Origin: Candidatus Aminicenantales bacterium
GTDB taxonomy: Bacteria > Acidobacteriota > Aminicenantia > Aminicenantales > UBA8522
Assembly (NCBI GenBank): GCA_049287565.1
Contig: JBAQGA010000189.1
Location: 15,626-79,625 of the forward strand
Reading direction: 5' to 3'
DNA: 64,000 nucleotides
The notes under the pieces were generated by a model. It was not told the origin of the DNA. It searched no databases and saw only the letters and a list, made by a program, of their open reading frames with translations. Made by a program: the position numbers and the translations under genes. Below, one piece after another: positions 34,570 through 43,818 of this stretch. Position 1 is the first letter of the stretch, and every line of letters starts with the position of its first letter.

Positions 34570-35457
34570 ATGAGGGGACGGGTGTTCTCTATCGTGGATG
34601 TTTTTGCCGAGGAAAAGTACGCCGGCAATCAGCTGGCGGTCGTGCGCCGGGGCGATGAGCTCGCCCCCGGCGCCATGCAGAAAATCGCCCGCGAGATCAA
34701 TTTTTCCGAGACAACGTTTATCATCGGAGATGCCAAGCGCCGGGGGGGCTTCGACGTGCGCATTTTCACGCCCACCGCGGAGCTTCCCTTCGCCGGCCAT
34801 CCCACCCTCGGCACCGCCTACGTCATCCAGCAGGACCTCATCCGAAAAGCGGTTCGGAAGGTCGTTCTCAACTTCAAGGTCGGGCCCATCCCGGTGACCT
34901 TCAGCTATCGTCAGGGAAAGCCCGGCGTCCTCTGGATGAGGCAGATCGAGCCCCGGTTCGGGCAGACCATGGATGCCCGGCGCGTAGCGCCCGTGCTCGA
35001 CCTGAAGGCGGGCGACCTGCTCCCGGAGCACCCGGTGCAGGAGGTCTCGACGGGCATCCCCTTCGTGATCGTTCCGGTAAGGACGCTGGAGGCGGTCAAA
35101 CGGAGCCGCTTCCGGCCCGAAAAACTGGCCGGCTTGACGACCGACAGCCGGGGAAAAGCATTTCTCCTCTTCTCGCCCCAGACCTACAGTGCCCGCAACG
35201 ACCTCAACGTCCGGGTTTTTGCCCAGTGCTATGGTGTGGCCGAGGACCCGGCCACGGGAAGCGCCAACGGCTGCCTGGCCGGTTACCTCGTTCGCCACCG
35301 TTTCTTCGGAAAGGAAAAGATCGACATCCGGGTCGAACAGGGAAATGAGATCGGCCGGCCGTCGTTGCTCCTGCTCAGAGCCGGAGAGACGGCGGGGAGG
35401 ATCGAGGTTCTTGTGGGCGGCCGGGTCGTTCTGGTCGCCCGGGGAAAACTGGTCTGA
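34570..35457 (+). CDS. PhzF-family isomerase (phenazine biosynthesis-like protein)
   Basis: VDVFAEEKYAGNQLAVV...FSETTFI...PFAGHPTLGTAYV PhzF/YddE motifs; 295 aa. Confidence 0.8.
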   Translation: MRGRVFSIVDVFAEEKYAGNQLAVVRRGDELAPGAMQKIAREINFSETTFIIGDAKRRGGFDVRIFTPTAELPFAGHPTLGTAYVIQQDLIRKAVRKVVLNFKVGPIPVTFSYRQGKPGVLWMRQIEPRFGQTMDARRVAPVLDLKAGDLLPEHPVQEVSTGIPFVIVPVRTLEAVKRSRFRPEKLAGLTTDSRGKAFLLFSPQTYSARNDLNVRVFAQCYGVAEDPATGSANGCLAGYLVRHRFFGKEKIDIRVEQGNEIGRPSLLLLRAGETAGRIEVLVGGRVVLVARGKLV

Positions 35458-35582
35458 GCGCCCGGGCGGATAATCACTAGTAATCCTATAAGATTAGTTG
35501 TATTCGGTTGGCAAAAGGTGTAATATTGACTGTATAATGACCGCGTTTCCGGTCCCGAAGACGGCCCGGAAAAGGCGAAAGC

Positions 35583-37328
35583 ATGATGATCAAAGACCTG
35601 TCCGTGATGATCGCCGGCAAGGCGGGCGATGGTGTTCTATTCACCGGCAATGTCCTGGCCAAGCTCTTCAAACGCCAGGGCTGGGAAGTCGCCACTTACC
35701 GTGATTTTCCTTCGAACATTCGCGGCGAAAACACCTGCTACACGGTCCGCGCCTCTTGGGACAAGATCTATGGCTTGGGAGACCGGGTGGATATCCTGAT
35801 GGCCTTTGACTGCGAGGCTATCCTGGCCCATCTTCCCGAAATCGCCGAAAATGGGATCGTCTTCTGCGACGGTGAGGGAGTCGCGGACCTTCCGCCGGAG
35901 AAAACCCGGGGAAAGACATTCCACCGTTTTCTCCTCCGTTCACTGTCCCGGGAGAAGTTCGGTCAGGAAATCTTCAAGAACATGATCGCCCTCGGTGCCT
36001 TGAGCCATGTCCTTGACCTCGACCGTTCAAGCCTCGAGCGAATCATTTCCGAGATGTTCTTAAAGAGGAAAGGGGAAGACGTCGTCCAGATAAACATCCG
36101 GGCGGCATCCTTCGGCTGCGAGAAGGCGCGGGAGATTACGGCTGAAACAGAACGGCATCCGCTGGCGAGAAAAGGGGATGGCGACCGGATCCTCATCTCC
36201 GGAGACGAAGCTGTCGGCCTTGGCGCCCTGGCCGCCGGGTGCCGCTTTTTTGCCGCCTACCCCATCTGTCCCGCTTCCGAGATCGGTCAAGAGCTCGTTC
36301 TTCATATGCCGGAGTTTAGCGGTGTTGTCGTCCAGACAGAGGACGAGCCGGCGGCTCTCAACATGGCCATCGGAGCGGCCTTTGCCGGCGCCCGGGCGAT
36401 GACCGCGACGTCCGGGCCCGGAGCGTCCCTGATGATGGAAGCGTTCAGCTTGGCGGGGATGATGGAGATTCCGGTCGTCGTCGCCCATGTTCAGCGTATG
36501 GGACCGGCCACCGGGATGCCGACCAAGAGCCAGCAGGGCGATGTCCTGCAGTGGATCTTCGGGTCGCACGGCGAATTCCCCCGCATCGTCCTGACGCCGG
36601 GGACAGTGGGGGAGTGTTTCGAATTGTCGGTCAAGGCCTTCAACCTGGCCGAAAAATACCAGTGTCCCGTCATCATCCTGACCGAGCTTGACATGGGCCA
36701 GAACTACCGGACGACCCGGTCGTTCGACCTCTCCGCCGTCCGAATCGACCGAGGCAAACTGTTGCGTCGCGAGGAGCTTCTGGATATCGCGGATTTCAAA
36801 CGGTACGAACTCACCGCCGACGGAATCTCGCCCCGGTCTCTTCCGTCCTATAAGAACGGCATCCACCTCGCCGAAAGCCTGGAGCATGATGAGAGAGGCT
36901 ACCGCGATGAAGACCCGGCGAACCGCCTGCGGATGATGGACAAGCGCATGCACAAGTTCGACCGGGCAGCCGCAGACCTGCCCACTCCCCGTCTGTGGGG
37001 CTCCCAAAAGGCCGATGTCGGGTTCATCGCTTTCGGTTCCACGCTGGGCGCCGTTCTCGAGGCCATGGACCAGCTCGGGGAAAAGAAAGTGCCCTCCCGG
37101 TTTCTCCAACTGCGGACGCTCTGGCCCTTTCCGGCCGCCGCGGTCCGGGAATTTCTGGCGGAGAGCCGGGATGTTTTTGTCGTCGAGCATAATTATGAAG
37201 GTGAGCTCGCCACCCTGATCAAGAGTCAGATCAGCCCCTGCGGAGAGCTGAAGAACATCGTCAGCTCCTCGACCCGGACGTTCACACCCCGGGATATCGT
37301 CGACCCCGTCCTCGAGGCGGCCCGATGA
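35583..37328 (+). CDS. korA: 2-oxoacid:ferredoxin oxidoreductase, alpha subunit (gamma-alpha fused, KorA-like)
   Basis: N-terminal gamma-like domain (MIAGKAGDGVLFTGNVLAK) fused to alpha domains; 581 aa; 4-nt overlap with the beta subunit. Confidence 0.8.
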   Translation: MMIKDLSVMIAGKAGDGVLFTGNVLAKLFKRQGWEVATYRDFPSNIRGENTCYTVRASWDKIYGLGDRVDILMAFDCEAILAHLPEIAENGIVFCDGEGVADLPPEKTRGKTFHRFLLRSLSREKFGQEIFKNMIALGALSHVLDLDRSSLERIISEMFLKRKGEDVVQINIRAASFGCEKAREITAETERHPLARKGDGDRILISGDEAVGLGALAAGCRFFAAYPICPASEIGQELVLHMPEFSGVVVQTEDEPAALNMAIGAAFAGARAMTATSGPGASLMMEAFSLAGMMEIPVVVAHVQRMGPATGMPTKSQQGDVLQWIFGSHGEFPRIVLTPGTVGECFELSVKAFNLAEKYQCPVIILTELDMGQNYRTTRSFDLSAVRIDRGKLLRREELLDIADFKRYELTADGISPRSLPSYKNGIHLAESLEHDERGYRDEDPANRLRMMDKRMHKFDRAAADLPTPRLWGSQKADVGFIAFGSTLGAVLEAMDQLGEKKVPSRFLQLRTLWPFPAAAVREFLAESRDVFVVEHNYEGELATLIKSQISPCGELKNIVSSSTRTFTPRDIVDPVLEAAR

Positions 37329-38185
37329 AAGAAAAACGAGGCTTCCAGCTCACCACTCCCACCTGGTGCAAAGGCTGCGGCCTGTTCGGCGTTTTCGACG
37401 CCCTCAAGAACGCAGCCGCATCGCTCGACCTCGAGCCCGAGGACCTGGTCATCGTCACCGGGATCGGCTGCCACGGCCGGCTGAACAATTATTTCCACGC
37501 CTACGGTTTCCACGGCCTCCATGGCCGCACCATGCCGGTGGCCGCCGGGATCAAACTGGTCAACCCGCTCCTTCAGGTGGTGGCCGTCAGCGGCGACGGC
37601 GATGCCTACTCGATCGGCCTGGGCCATTTCCTCCATGCCCTCCGCAAGAATATCGGTCTCACCTATGTGGTCGTTGACAACCGCATTTATGCTTTGACCC
37701 AAGGACAGGCTTCGCCGACGACGGACTTCGGAACGGTCACCCTCTCCACGCCTTTCGGCTCCAAGGATTTTCCCATCGACGGGGCGGCGCTCGCCCTGGC
37801 GGCCGGCGGGACCTTCATCGCCCGCGGTTTTTCCGGCGAGGTGGCCCATCTGGCATCCCTCATCGAGCGGGGAATGAGGCACGACGGATTCGCCCTGATC
37901 GATATCCTCAGCCCCTGCGTCACCCAGAACAAGGTGAATTCTTATGATTGGTACCGGAAGCATGTCTTCCACGTGGAGGATATCCCGGATTACAACCCTC
38001 GAGACAAAGCCAAAGCATGGGACGCTTTGAGCAGCCCGGAGAAGATCGCCATCGGCTTGATTTATGAAGAGGGCAAGCCGTCCTTCGAGGAGCTCGTCCT
38101 TCCCGACGTCAAAAAGCCGATCGCCTCGCTCGACCTCGAAGTCAATCGTCCGCGGCTGCAGAGAATCATCGAGAGATTTCGTTGA
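37325..38185 (+). CDS. korB: 2-oxoacid:ferredoxin oxidoreductase, beta subunit (TPP-binding)
   Basis: TWCKGCGLFGV...GIGCHGR...SGDGD TPP-binding beta-subunit motifs. Confidence 0.85.
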   Translation: MKEKRGFQLTTPTWCKGCGLFGVFDALKNAAASLDLEPEDLVIVTGIGCHGRLNNYFHAYGFHGLHGRTMPVAAGIKLVNPLLQVVAVSGDGDAYSIGLGHFLHALRKNIGLTYVVVDNRIYALTQGQASPTTDFGTVTLSTPFGSKDFPIDGAALALAAGGTFIARGFSGEVAHLASLIERGMRHDGFALIDILSPCVTQNKVNSYDWYRKHVFHVEDIPDYNPRDKAKAWDALSSPEKIAIGLIYEEGKPSFEELVLPDVKKPIASLDLEVNRPRLQRIIERFR

Positions 38186-38191
38186 GAAGAC

Positions 38192-38204
38192 GAACGTGAT
38201 ACAA
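38192..38204 (+). promoter_or_regulatory. Possible extended -10 promoter (TGaTACAAT) internal to the kor-nfu junction
   Basis: TGATACAAT at 38196-38204 followed by AAGGAG RBS and the nfu ATG 38230; weak -35. Confidence 0.3.
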
Positions 38205-38229
38205 TACATTTCTTAAGGAGCGAGATGAG

Positions 38230-38448
38230 ATGAAAGAGAAAGTTGAAGCGGCCTTGAACAAGGTCCGGCCCGCCCTGATGGCCGACGGCGGAAATGTCGA
38301 GCTCGTTGACGTCCAGGATGGAGTGGTCAAGGTGAAGCTCACCGGTGCCTGCAGCGGCTGTCCGATGTCCCAGATGACCCTGAAAATGGGGATCGAAAGG
38401 CTCTTGAAGAAGGAAGTCCCGGAAGTCAAGGAGGTCGTCGCCGTCTGA
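38230..38448 (+). CDS. NifU-like C-terminal domain protein (Nfu-type Fe-S carrier)
   Basis: 72 aa; [21 protein letters not shown]...GACSGCPMS CxxC motif. Confidence 0.8.
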   Translation: MKEKVEAALNKVRPALMADGGNVELVDVQDGVVKVKLTGACSGCPMSQMTLKMGIERLLKKEVPEVKEVVAV

Positions 38449-38460
38449 GACGGCTTTCAT

Positions 38461-39657
38461 TTGCCGATCAGGGCCATGAAGCGGGTTTATCTCGATCACA
38501 TTGCGGCCACACCCCTGGATCCCCAGGCCGTGGAGGCAATGCTCCCTTATCTAGGGGAAAAGTATGGCAATCCCCAGAGTCTCCATTCCGCCGGGCAGGA
38601 AGCGCTGGGGGCTGTCCAGGAAGCACGCTCGCGGGTCGCCCGGTTGATCGGCGCCGAGGAAAATGAGATCTTCTTCACCTCCAGCGGTTCGGAGGCCAAC
38701 AATTTCGCCGTCAAGGGAATGGCCCTGGCCCGGCGGGATAGGAATCGGCATCTCGTTGTCTCGGCCATCGAGCACCAATCCGTCCTCCATTCCGTCAAGA
38801 GCTTGGAGAAGTTCGGTTTTTCCTCGACTTTGGTCCCCGTCGACCGGGACGGCCTGGTCGATCCGGAGGACGTCAAGCGGGCCCTCAAGAAGGAGACGGC
38901 GCTCGTTTCCGTGATCCTGGCCTCGAGCGAGGTGGGGACGATCGAGCCCCTGGCCGAGATCGCCCGGGTCTGTCGTTCGGCGGGGATTCCGCTCCACACC
39001 GACGCTGTGGCGGCCGCCGGCAACATCCCGCTGGAGGTCCGGGAACTCGATGTCGACGCCCTGAGCCTGGCCGCCGACCAGTTCTACGGGCCCAAGGGGA
39101 GCGGCGCTCTTTTCCTAAGGAAAGGGACGCGGATCCTGCCTTTCATCGACGGTGGCATCCAGGAAGGCGGCCGCCGCAGCGGGACGGAGAACGTCGCCGG
39201 GATCGTCGGGATGGGCCAGGCGGCCGAACTCGCCCTGACGAAATTGGCCGAACGCGGTGAGAGGCTGAGCTCCCTTCGCGACAGACTGATCGAGCATCTT
39301 CCCCAAAAGGTGGGCCGGGTCTATCTGACGGGACACCGGGAAAAACGGCTGCCTCATCATGCCAGCTTCTGCGTCGAGTTCATCGAGGGCGAGTCCATGC
39401 TCCTGAACCTGGACATGAAGGGGATCGCCGCCTCGAGCGGCTCGGCCTGCACCTCGCGGGCGCTCAAAGCCTCCCACGTGCTCCTGGCCATGGGCATCGA
39501 TCATGCTCTGGCCCAGGGATCGCTGGTCTTCAGCCTGATCGACAACACGACGGCCGCGGATATCGATTATCTCCTGGATGTCTTCCCGCCTATCATCGAC
39601 CGGCTGAGGAAGATGTCGCCCCTCTACACCAAATTTCTGGAGGAGAACGAGAAATGA
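38461..39657 (+). CDS. Cysteine desulfurase (NifS/IscS class)
   Basis: Class-V aminotransferase fold, SSGSACTS active-site Cys loop; 398 aa. Confidence 0.9.
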   Translation: MPIRAMKRVYLDHIAATPLDPQAVEAMLPYLGEKYGNPQSLHSAGQEALGAVQEARSRVARLIGAEENEIFFTSSGSEANNFAVKGMALARRDRNRHLVVSAIEHQSVLHSVKSLEKFGFSSTLVPVDRDGLVDPEDVKRALKKETALVSVILASSEVGTIEPLAEIARVCRSAGIPLHTDAVAAAGNIPLEVRELDVDALSLAADQFYGPKGSGALFLRKGTRILPFIDGGIQEGGRRSGTENVAGIVGMGQAAELALTKLAERGERLSSLRDRLIEHLPQKVGRVYLTGHREKRLPHHASFCVEFIEGESMLLNLDMKGIAASSGSACTSRALKASHVLLAMGIDHALAQGSLVFSLIDNTTAADIDYLLDVFPPIIDRLRKMSPLYTKFLEENEK

Positions 39658-40235
39658 TCTATACCGATAAAGTCATGGACCATTTCCAGAATCCCCGCAA
39701 CGTCGGGGTGATCAAAGATGCCGACGGCATCGGTCAGGTCGGCAATCCCGTCTGCGGCGATATGATGACCTTCAGCATTAAAGTCCAAGAGAACAAGCTC
39801 AAGGACGTCAAGTTCCAGACCTTCGGCTGCGGAGCGGCCATCGCCGTTTCCAGCATCGTCAGCGAGATGGCCATGGGCAAAAGCCTGGAAGAAGCCATGA
39901 AGATCACCAACGAGATCGTGGCTCAGGAACTCGGCGGCCTGCCCAAGAACAAGCTGCACTGCTCCAACCTGGGAGCCGATGCTCTGCACGCCGCGATCGA
40001 GGACTATAAGAAAAAACAAAAGAAAAAAGACGAGGTCGCTTCGAATGCCGATAAAGAAACGGACCTGCAATCCAAGAAATGCTACTGTCCCTATTGCGAT
40101 GGTCCTCTGGAGGGGATGGAGGCCATTTGCTCGACCTGTCACAGGGTCCTTGAGGAGTGCCCGCACTGCGGCGGCCTCACCAAGAAGGGGGATCTGAAAT
40201 GTGCCAAGTGCGGAGCCGACCTGGTACCCGAATAA
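39654..40235 (+). CDS. IscU/NifU-type Fe-S scaffold fused to a C-terminal double zinc-ribbon
   Basis: N-terminal ~125 aa IscU (GNPVCGD...GCGAAI...HCSNLG), K-rich linker, then CYCPYC..CSTC..CPHC..CAKC (four CxxC pairs). Confidence 0.8.
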   Translation: MIYTDKVMDHFQNPRNVGVIKDADGIGQVGNPVCGDMMTFSIKVQENKLKDVKFQTFGCGAAIAVSSIVSEMAMGKSLEEAMKITNEIVAQELGGLPKNKLHCSNLGADALHAAIEDYKKKQKKKDEVASNADKETDLQSKKCYCPYCDGPLEGMEAICSTCHRVLEECPHCGGLTKKGDLKCAKCGADLVPE

Positions 40236-40300
40236 GCTTTTTCCCAAAGCTAAGCAGATCCCGCGGGCGAGCCTTTCCCCAAGAGGAGCGGAGAGAGACG

Positions 40301-40534
40301 GTGAAAGCAGGCGCAACGCTGGATTGCTTCGGGCTCCTTTGTCCGATGCCCATCATCCAAACGGCCAAGAAGATCAAAGAATTGAGAATCGGCGAGGTCC
40401 TCGAGATCGTTTCCACCGATGAGGGTATCAAGGTCGACATGCCGGCCTGGTGCAAAATGACAGGTCAACAATTCCTCGGGCAGGAGCAGGACGGTGATGT
40501 CTACCGCGTCTATATCCGCAAGCTCAAGGATTAA
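40301..40534 (+). CDS. TusA-like sulfurtransferase (SirA/YedF/YeeD family)
   Basis: 77 aa from GTG 40301 (GGAGAGAGA RBS); LDCFGLLCPMPIIQTAKKI with CPxP motif. Confidence 0.6.
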   Translation: MKAGATLDCFGLLCPMPIIQTAKKIKELRIGEVLEIVSTDEGIKVDMPAWCKMTGQQFLGQEQDGDVYRVYIRKLKD

Positions 40535-40550
40535 GGGACGGCGAAACATC

Positions 40551-41456
40551 GTGACCAAGGACGAAATCATCGATCGGATCCGTAAGCTCCGGAAAGAGCG
40601 AAAGGCGGTCATCCTGGCCCACAACTACCAGATCGGCGAGGTCCAGGACATCGCCGACTACACCGGCGACTCCCTGGGATTGAGCCAGGAAGCTGCCAGG
40701 AGCGAGGCCGAAGTGATCGTCTTCTGCGGCGTCCATTTCATGGCTGAGACGGCGGCCATCCTCTCTCCCCAAAAAGCCGTCCTTCTGCCTGATGCGGGGG
40801 CCGGATGCCCGATGGCCGACATGATCACCGCCCAGGAACTCCGCGACTGGAAGGCCGGATACCCGGGCCGGCCGGTCGTCTGTTATGTCAACACCACCGC
40901 CGAGGTCAAGGCCGAATCCGACATCTGCTGCACCTCGTCCAATGCCGTCAAGGTGGTGAATTCCATCCCCGAGGAGGAGATCCTTTTCGTCCCCGACAAG
41001 AATCTGGCCGCCTATGCCGCCCGCCAGACCCGAAAGAAGATCATCGCCTGGGACGGCTATTGCTATGTCCATAACCAGATCCTGACGGCGGATGTCCAGG
41101 CCAGGAAAAAGGAACATCCGAAGGCCGAGATCTGGGTCCATCCCGAGTGCCGGCCCGAAGTGATCGACCTGGCCGATAAGGTTATCTCCACGGGTTTCAT
41201 GGTGAAAGCGGCGCGGGAGACTACGGCTGCAGAAGTCCTCGTCGGCACCGAGGTCGGGATCCTTCATCGGTTGCGGAAAGAGAACCCGCGAACGGCGTTC
41301 TTCCCCGTCAAGGACTTGGCTTTTTGTTCGAACATGAAAAAGATCACTCTCCTTAAGGTCCGGCAGGCCTTGGAGGAGATGAGATACCGGATCGACGTCC
41401 CCGCGGCGATCAGCCGGAAAGCGAGAGGGGCCATCGAGAAAATGATCACCCTATAG
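40551..41456 (+). CDS. nadA: Quinolinate synthase
   Basis: 301 aa from GTG 40551; AVILAHNYQ...VHFMAETA...HPEC NadA motifs; the ORF-track N-terminal extension overlaps tusA and is rejected. Confidence 0.9.
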   Translation: MTKDEIIDRIRKLRKERKAVILAHNYQIGEVQDIADYTGDSLGLSQEAARSEAEVIVFCGVHFMAETAAILSPQKAVLLPDAGAGCPMADMITAQELRDWKAGYPGRPVVCYVNTTAEVKAESDICCTSSNAVKVVNSIPEEEILFVPDKNLAAYAARQTRKKIIAWDGYCYVHNQILTADVQARKKEHPKAEIWVHPECRPEVIDLADKVISTGFMVKAARETTAAEVLVGTEVGILHRLRKENPRTAFFPVKDLAFCSNMKKITLLKVRQALEEMRYRIDVPAAISRKARGAIEKMITL

Positions 41457-41465
41457 GAGGTTTCC

Positions 41466-41969
41466 ATGAACAAGAAGACCGAAGACAACGTAAAGGCGGC
41501 CTTTGCCGGTGAGAGCCAGGCCCACATGAGGTACAAGGCTTTTGCCGATGCCGCGGAAAATGAGAAGTTCGCCAACGTGGCCCGCCTGTTTCGGGCCAAC
41601 AGCTACGCCGAGCAAGTCCATGCCACCAATCACCTCAAGACCTTGGCCGGAATCCGGAAGACGGCCCAGAACCTGCAGGAGGCGGTGGACGGGGAGAACT
41701 ACGAAGTCAAGGACATGTACCCGGCCTTCAAATCCATGGCCGAAGCCGAGGGCGAGAAGACGGCCGTGTTCTGGTTTAACGCCGCCTTGGAAGCGGAGAA
41801 GATCCATGCCGGCTTGTATAAAAAGGCCAAAGAAGCCGTGGACAAGGGCCAGGACCTCGCCTATTTTCCCATCCATATCTGCAGTGTCTGCGGATTCACG
41901 GTCGAAGGCGATGCCCCCGACAAGTGCCCTGTCTGCGGCGCTCCCAAAGAGAAGTTCATCAAGTATTGA
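41466..41969 (+). CDS. rbr: Rubrerythrin (diiron domain + C-terminal rubredoxin-like domain)
   Basis: AFAGESQAHMRY...E..H diiron motifs; C-terminal CSVCG...CPVCG. Confidence 0.9.
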   Translation: MNKKTEDNVKAAFAGESQAHMRYKAFADAAENEKFANVARLFRANSYAEQVHATNHLKTLAGIRKTAQNLQEAVDGENYEVKDMYPAFKSMAEAEGEKTAVFWFNAALEAEKIHAGLYKKAKEAVDKGQDLAYFPIHICSVCGFTVEGDAPDKCPVCGAPKEKFIKY

Positions 41970-42004
41970 GGCCGGTTCCAGGGTGCGTCTGAAAGGAGAA
42001 TGCT

Positions 42005-42514
42005 ATGGCCTTAAACACGAAACTGCGGCCCTATGAGGTCTTGGCCGTCGCCATCCGGTCGGAGATCGAGGCGGCGGATTTCTACGCCAGGCTCCTGGCT
42101 CGGGTCAAGAACATCCTGCTCCAGCAGAAGCTGAAGTTCCTCGTCCTGGAGGAGAAAAAGCACCGCAAGATCCTGGAGAGGCTCCATTCCCAGCGCTTTC
42201 CTGATGTTGTGCTCAAGGTTCCTGAGAAAACGGTTCGGCCTCGGCCGAAGACAGCTCTGGATGAGAAGAGCTCCATCCTCGAGCTCTTCCAGGCGGCCCT
42301 GGAAGCGGAGAAGGCGGCCGAAACGTACTACAAAGACGCCCAGGGAGTGGTCAAAGACGTCGGGAGCAAGAAGATACTCGAATACCTGAGCCGGGTCGAG
42401 CGCAGCCATTACTTCCTGATCAAGTCGGAGATCGATCTTCTCGGCCGGTTCCCCGATTATTATGATGTCGAGGATTTCCACCTCGGTCAGGACCTCTTTC
42501 ACGTCGGCCCTTGA
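42005..42514 (+). CDS. Ferritin-like diiron-carboxylate protein (COG1633-like), paralog B
   Basis: 169 aa; EIEAADFY...EEKKHRKILE...EAEKAAETYY...ERSHYF E/ExxH pattern. Confidence 0.55.
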   Translation: MALNTKLRPYEVLAVAIRSEIEAADFYARLLARVKNILLQQKLKFLVLEEKKHRKILERLHSQRFPDVVLKVPEKTVRPRPKTALDEKSSILELFQAALEAEKAAETYYKDAQGVVKDVGSKKILEYLSRVERSHYFLIKSEIDLLGRFPDYYDVEDFHLGQDLFHVGP

Positions 42515-42580
42515 GGGTTTTTTCTTACACTAAGGATTAGTAAATGGGCCCCGTCACAATTCGGCCAATGGTATCTGAGC

Positions 42581-43243
42581 ATGGAGCGCGCTAAGGAACG
42601 GATCGGGAAGATCATCCGCGTCCTCCGGCGGGAATATCCCCGGAGTCGCACGGCGCTCGAGTTCGAAACGCCCCTCCAGATCCTGATCGCCACCATCCTG
42701 GCGGCCCAGTGTACGGACGAGAGGGTCAACCGGATCACGCCCGCTCTTTTCCGGAAATATCCAACTGCGGCGGCCTTGGCCGCGGCTGACCGGCAGGAGC
42801 TCGAGGCGGAGATCCGGCCGACCGGGTTTTTCCGCAACAAGGCCAAGAGCATCAGCGGCGCCGCCCGGAAGATCGTCGAGGACTTCGGCGGGGAGGTGCC
42901 GGCGAACATGGCCGACCTCGTCACCCTCCCCGGCGTGGCCCGGAAAACGGCCAACATCGTCCTCTCCTCCGGCTACGGCATCGCCGAGGGGATTGCCGTC
43001 GATACCCACGTCAAGCGGCTCTCCGGCCGGCTCGGACTGAGCCGACAGAGCGATCCCGAGAAGACCGAACGCGATCTTATGAAGCTCGTCCCCAAAAAGG
43101 ACTGGCTCGATTTTAACTACATGCTGGTCAACCACGGCCGGAAGGTTTGCCAGGCTCGTAAACCGCGCTGCCCGGCTTGCCCTCTCCGAAACCTTTGTCC
43201 CTCGGCGGTGAAACTCTTTCCGGGACTCAAGACCAAGTCATGA
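42581..43243 (+). CDS. nth: Endonuclease III
   Basis: HhH-GPD motif (LPGVARKTANIVL) and C-terminal CQARKPRCPACPLRNLC [4Fe-4S] cluster loop. Confidence 0.9.
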   Translation: MERAKERIGKIIRVLRREYPRSRTALEFETPLQILIATILAAQCTDERVNRITPALFRKYPTAAALAAADRQELEAEIRPTGFFRNKAKSISGAARKIVEDFGGEVPANMADLVTLPGVARKTANIVLSSGYGIAEGIAVDTHVKRLSGRLGLSRQSDPEKTERDLMKLVPKKDWLDFNYMLVNHGRKVCQARKPRCPACPLRNLCPSAVKLFPGLKTKS

Positions 43244-43301
43244 ACGCCCATTCCCTGGCAACGGGAAACGGACGTCCAGAGGCGTTTTCCAGATCCTGTC
43301 T

Positions 43302-43817
43302 TCAGGTTTCTTTTCCCGAGATTCTTTCGTCCAATTTCCTGCGTAAAGCCTCTCTTTTGTCCTTGGTGTCTAAATAGATCTGGAGGTTGAGGATTTCCTC
43401 GGCGATGGCGTTCGCCACCTGATTTATAGCGGCCGCGCCTCCCTCTCTTTTAAAATCTTCGCCCGTGATATCGTGGACAAAGAAAAGTAGCTCCCGATTG
43501 ATCACGGGTCCGAGCATGCCTCCGGGGTCTGGAACAATGACCAGCTTGGTTATGGCCAGGATGCGGCTAAGGCGAGCATAAAAAACCGCGTCGATTTCAC
43601 CCGCCTCCCGCGCTTTCCTGAGCTCGGAAGCCATCTTGAGAAGAGTCGGTTCCAGATCGTCCGTGGTCCCCTTCGTAACCATATCCCGGAAGCTGACGAT
43701 GAACAGGTCGAGGAGTACATAACCGGTCTTCTCTTTGGCGTTGGCCGGATTGTCCATGGCCGCGAGATTAAAAGAAAAAAGAGCCAGAAATCCGAACAGC
43801 AATATCTTTTTCGCCAT
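43302..43817 (-). CDS. Secreted hypothetical protein (signal peptide), last gene of the ECF sigma operon
   Basis: MAKKILLFGFLALFSFNLAA signal peptide if start 43817; no family recognised. Confidence 0.45.
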   Translation of the reverse strand: MAKKILLFGFLALFSFNLAAMDNPANAKEKTGYVLLDLFIVSFRDMVTKGTTDDLEPTLLKMASELRKAREAGEIDAVFYARLSRILAITKLVIVPDPGGMLGPVINRELLFFVHDITGEDFKREGGAAAINQVANAIAEEILNLQIYLDTKDKREALRRKLDERISGKET

Positions 43818-43818
43818 C

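Noticed and set aside
35458-35582. Sigma-70 promoter TTGGCA ... TGTATAAT upstream of korA
   Set aside because: The spacer between the best -35 candidate and TATAAT is 19 nt; only the extended -10 (TGTATAAT, 35531-35538) is convincing, so it is not listed as a confident feature.
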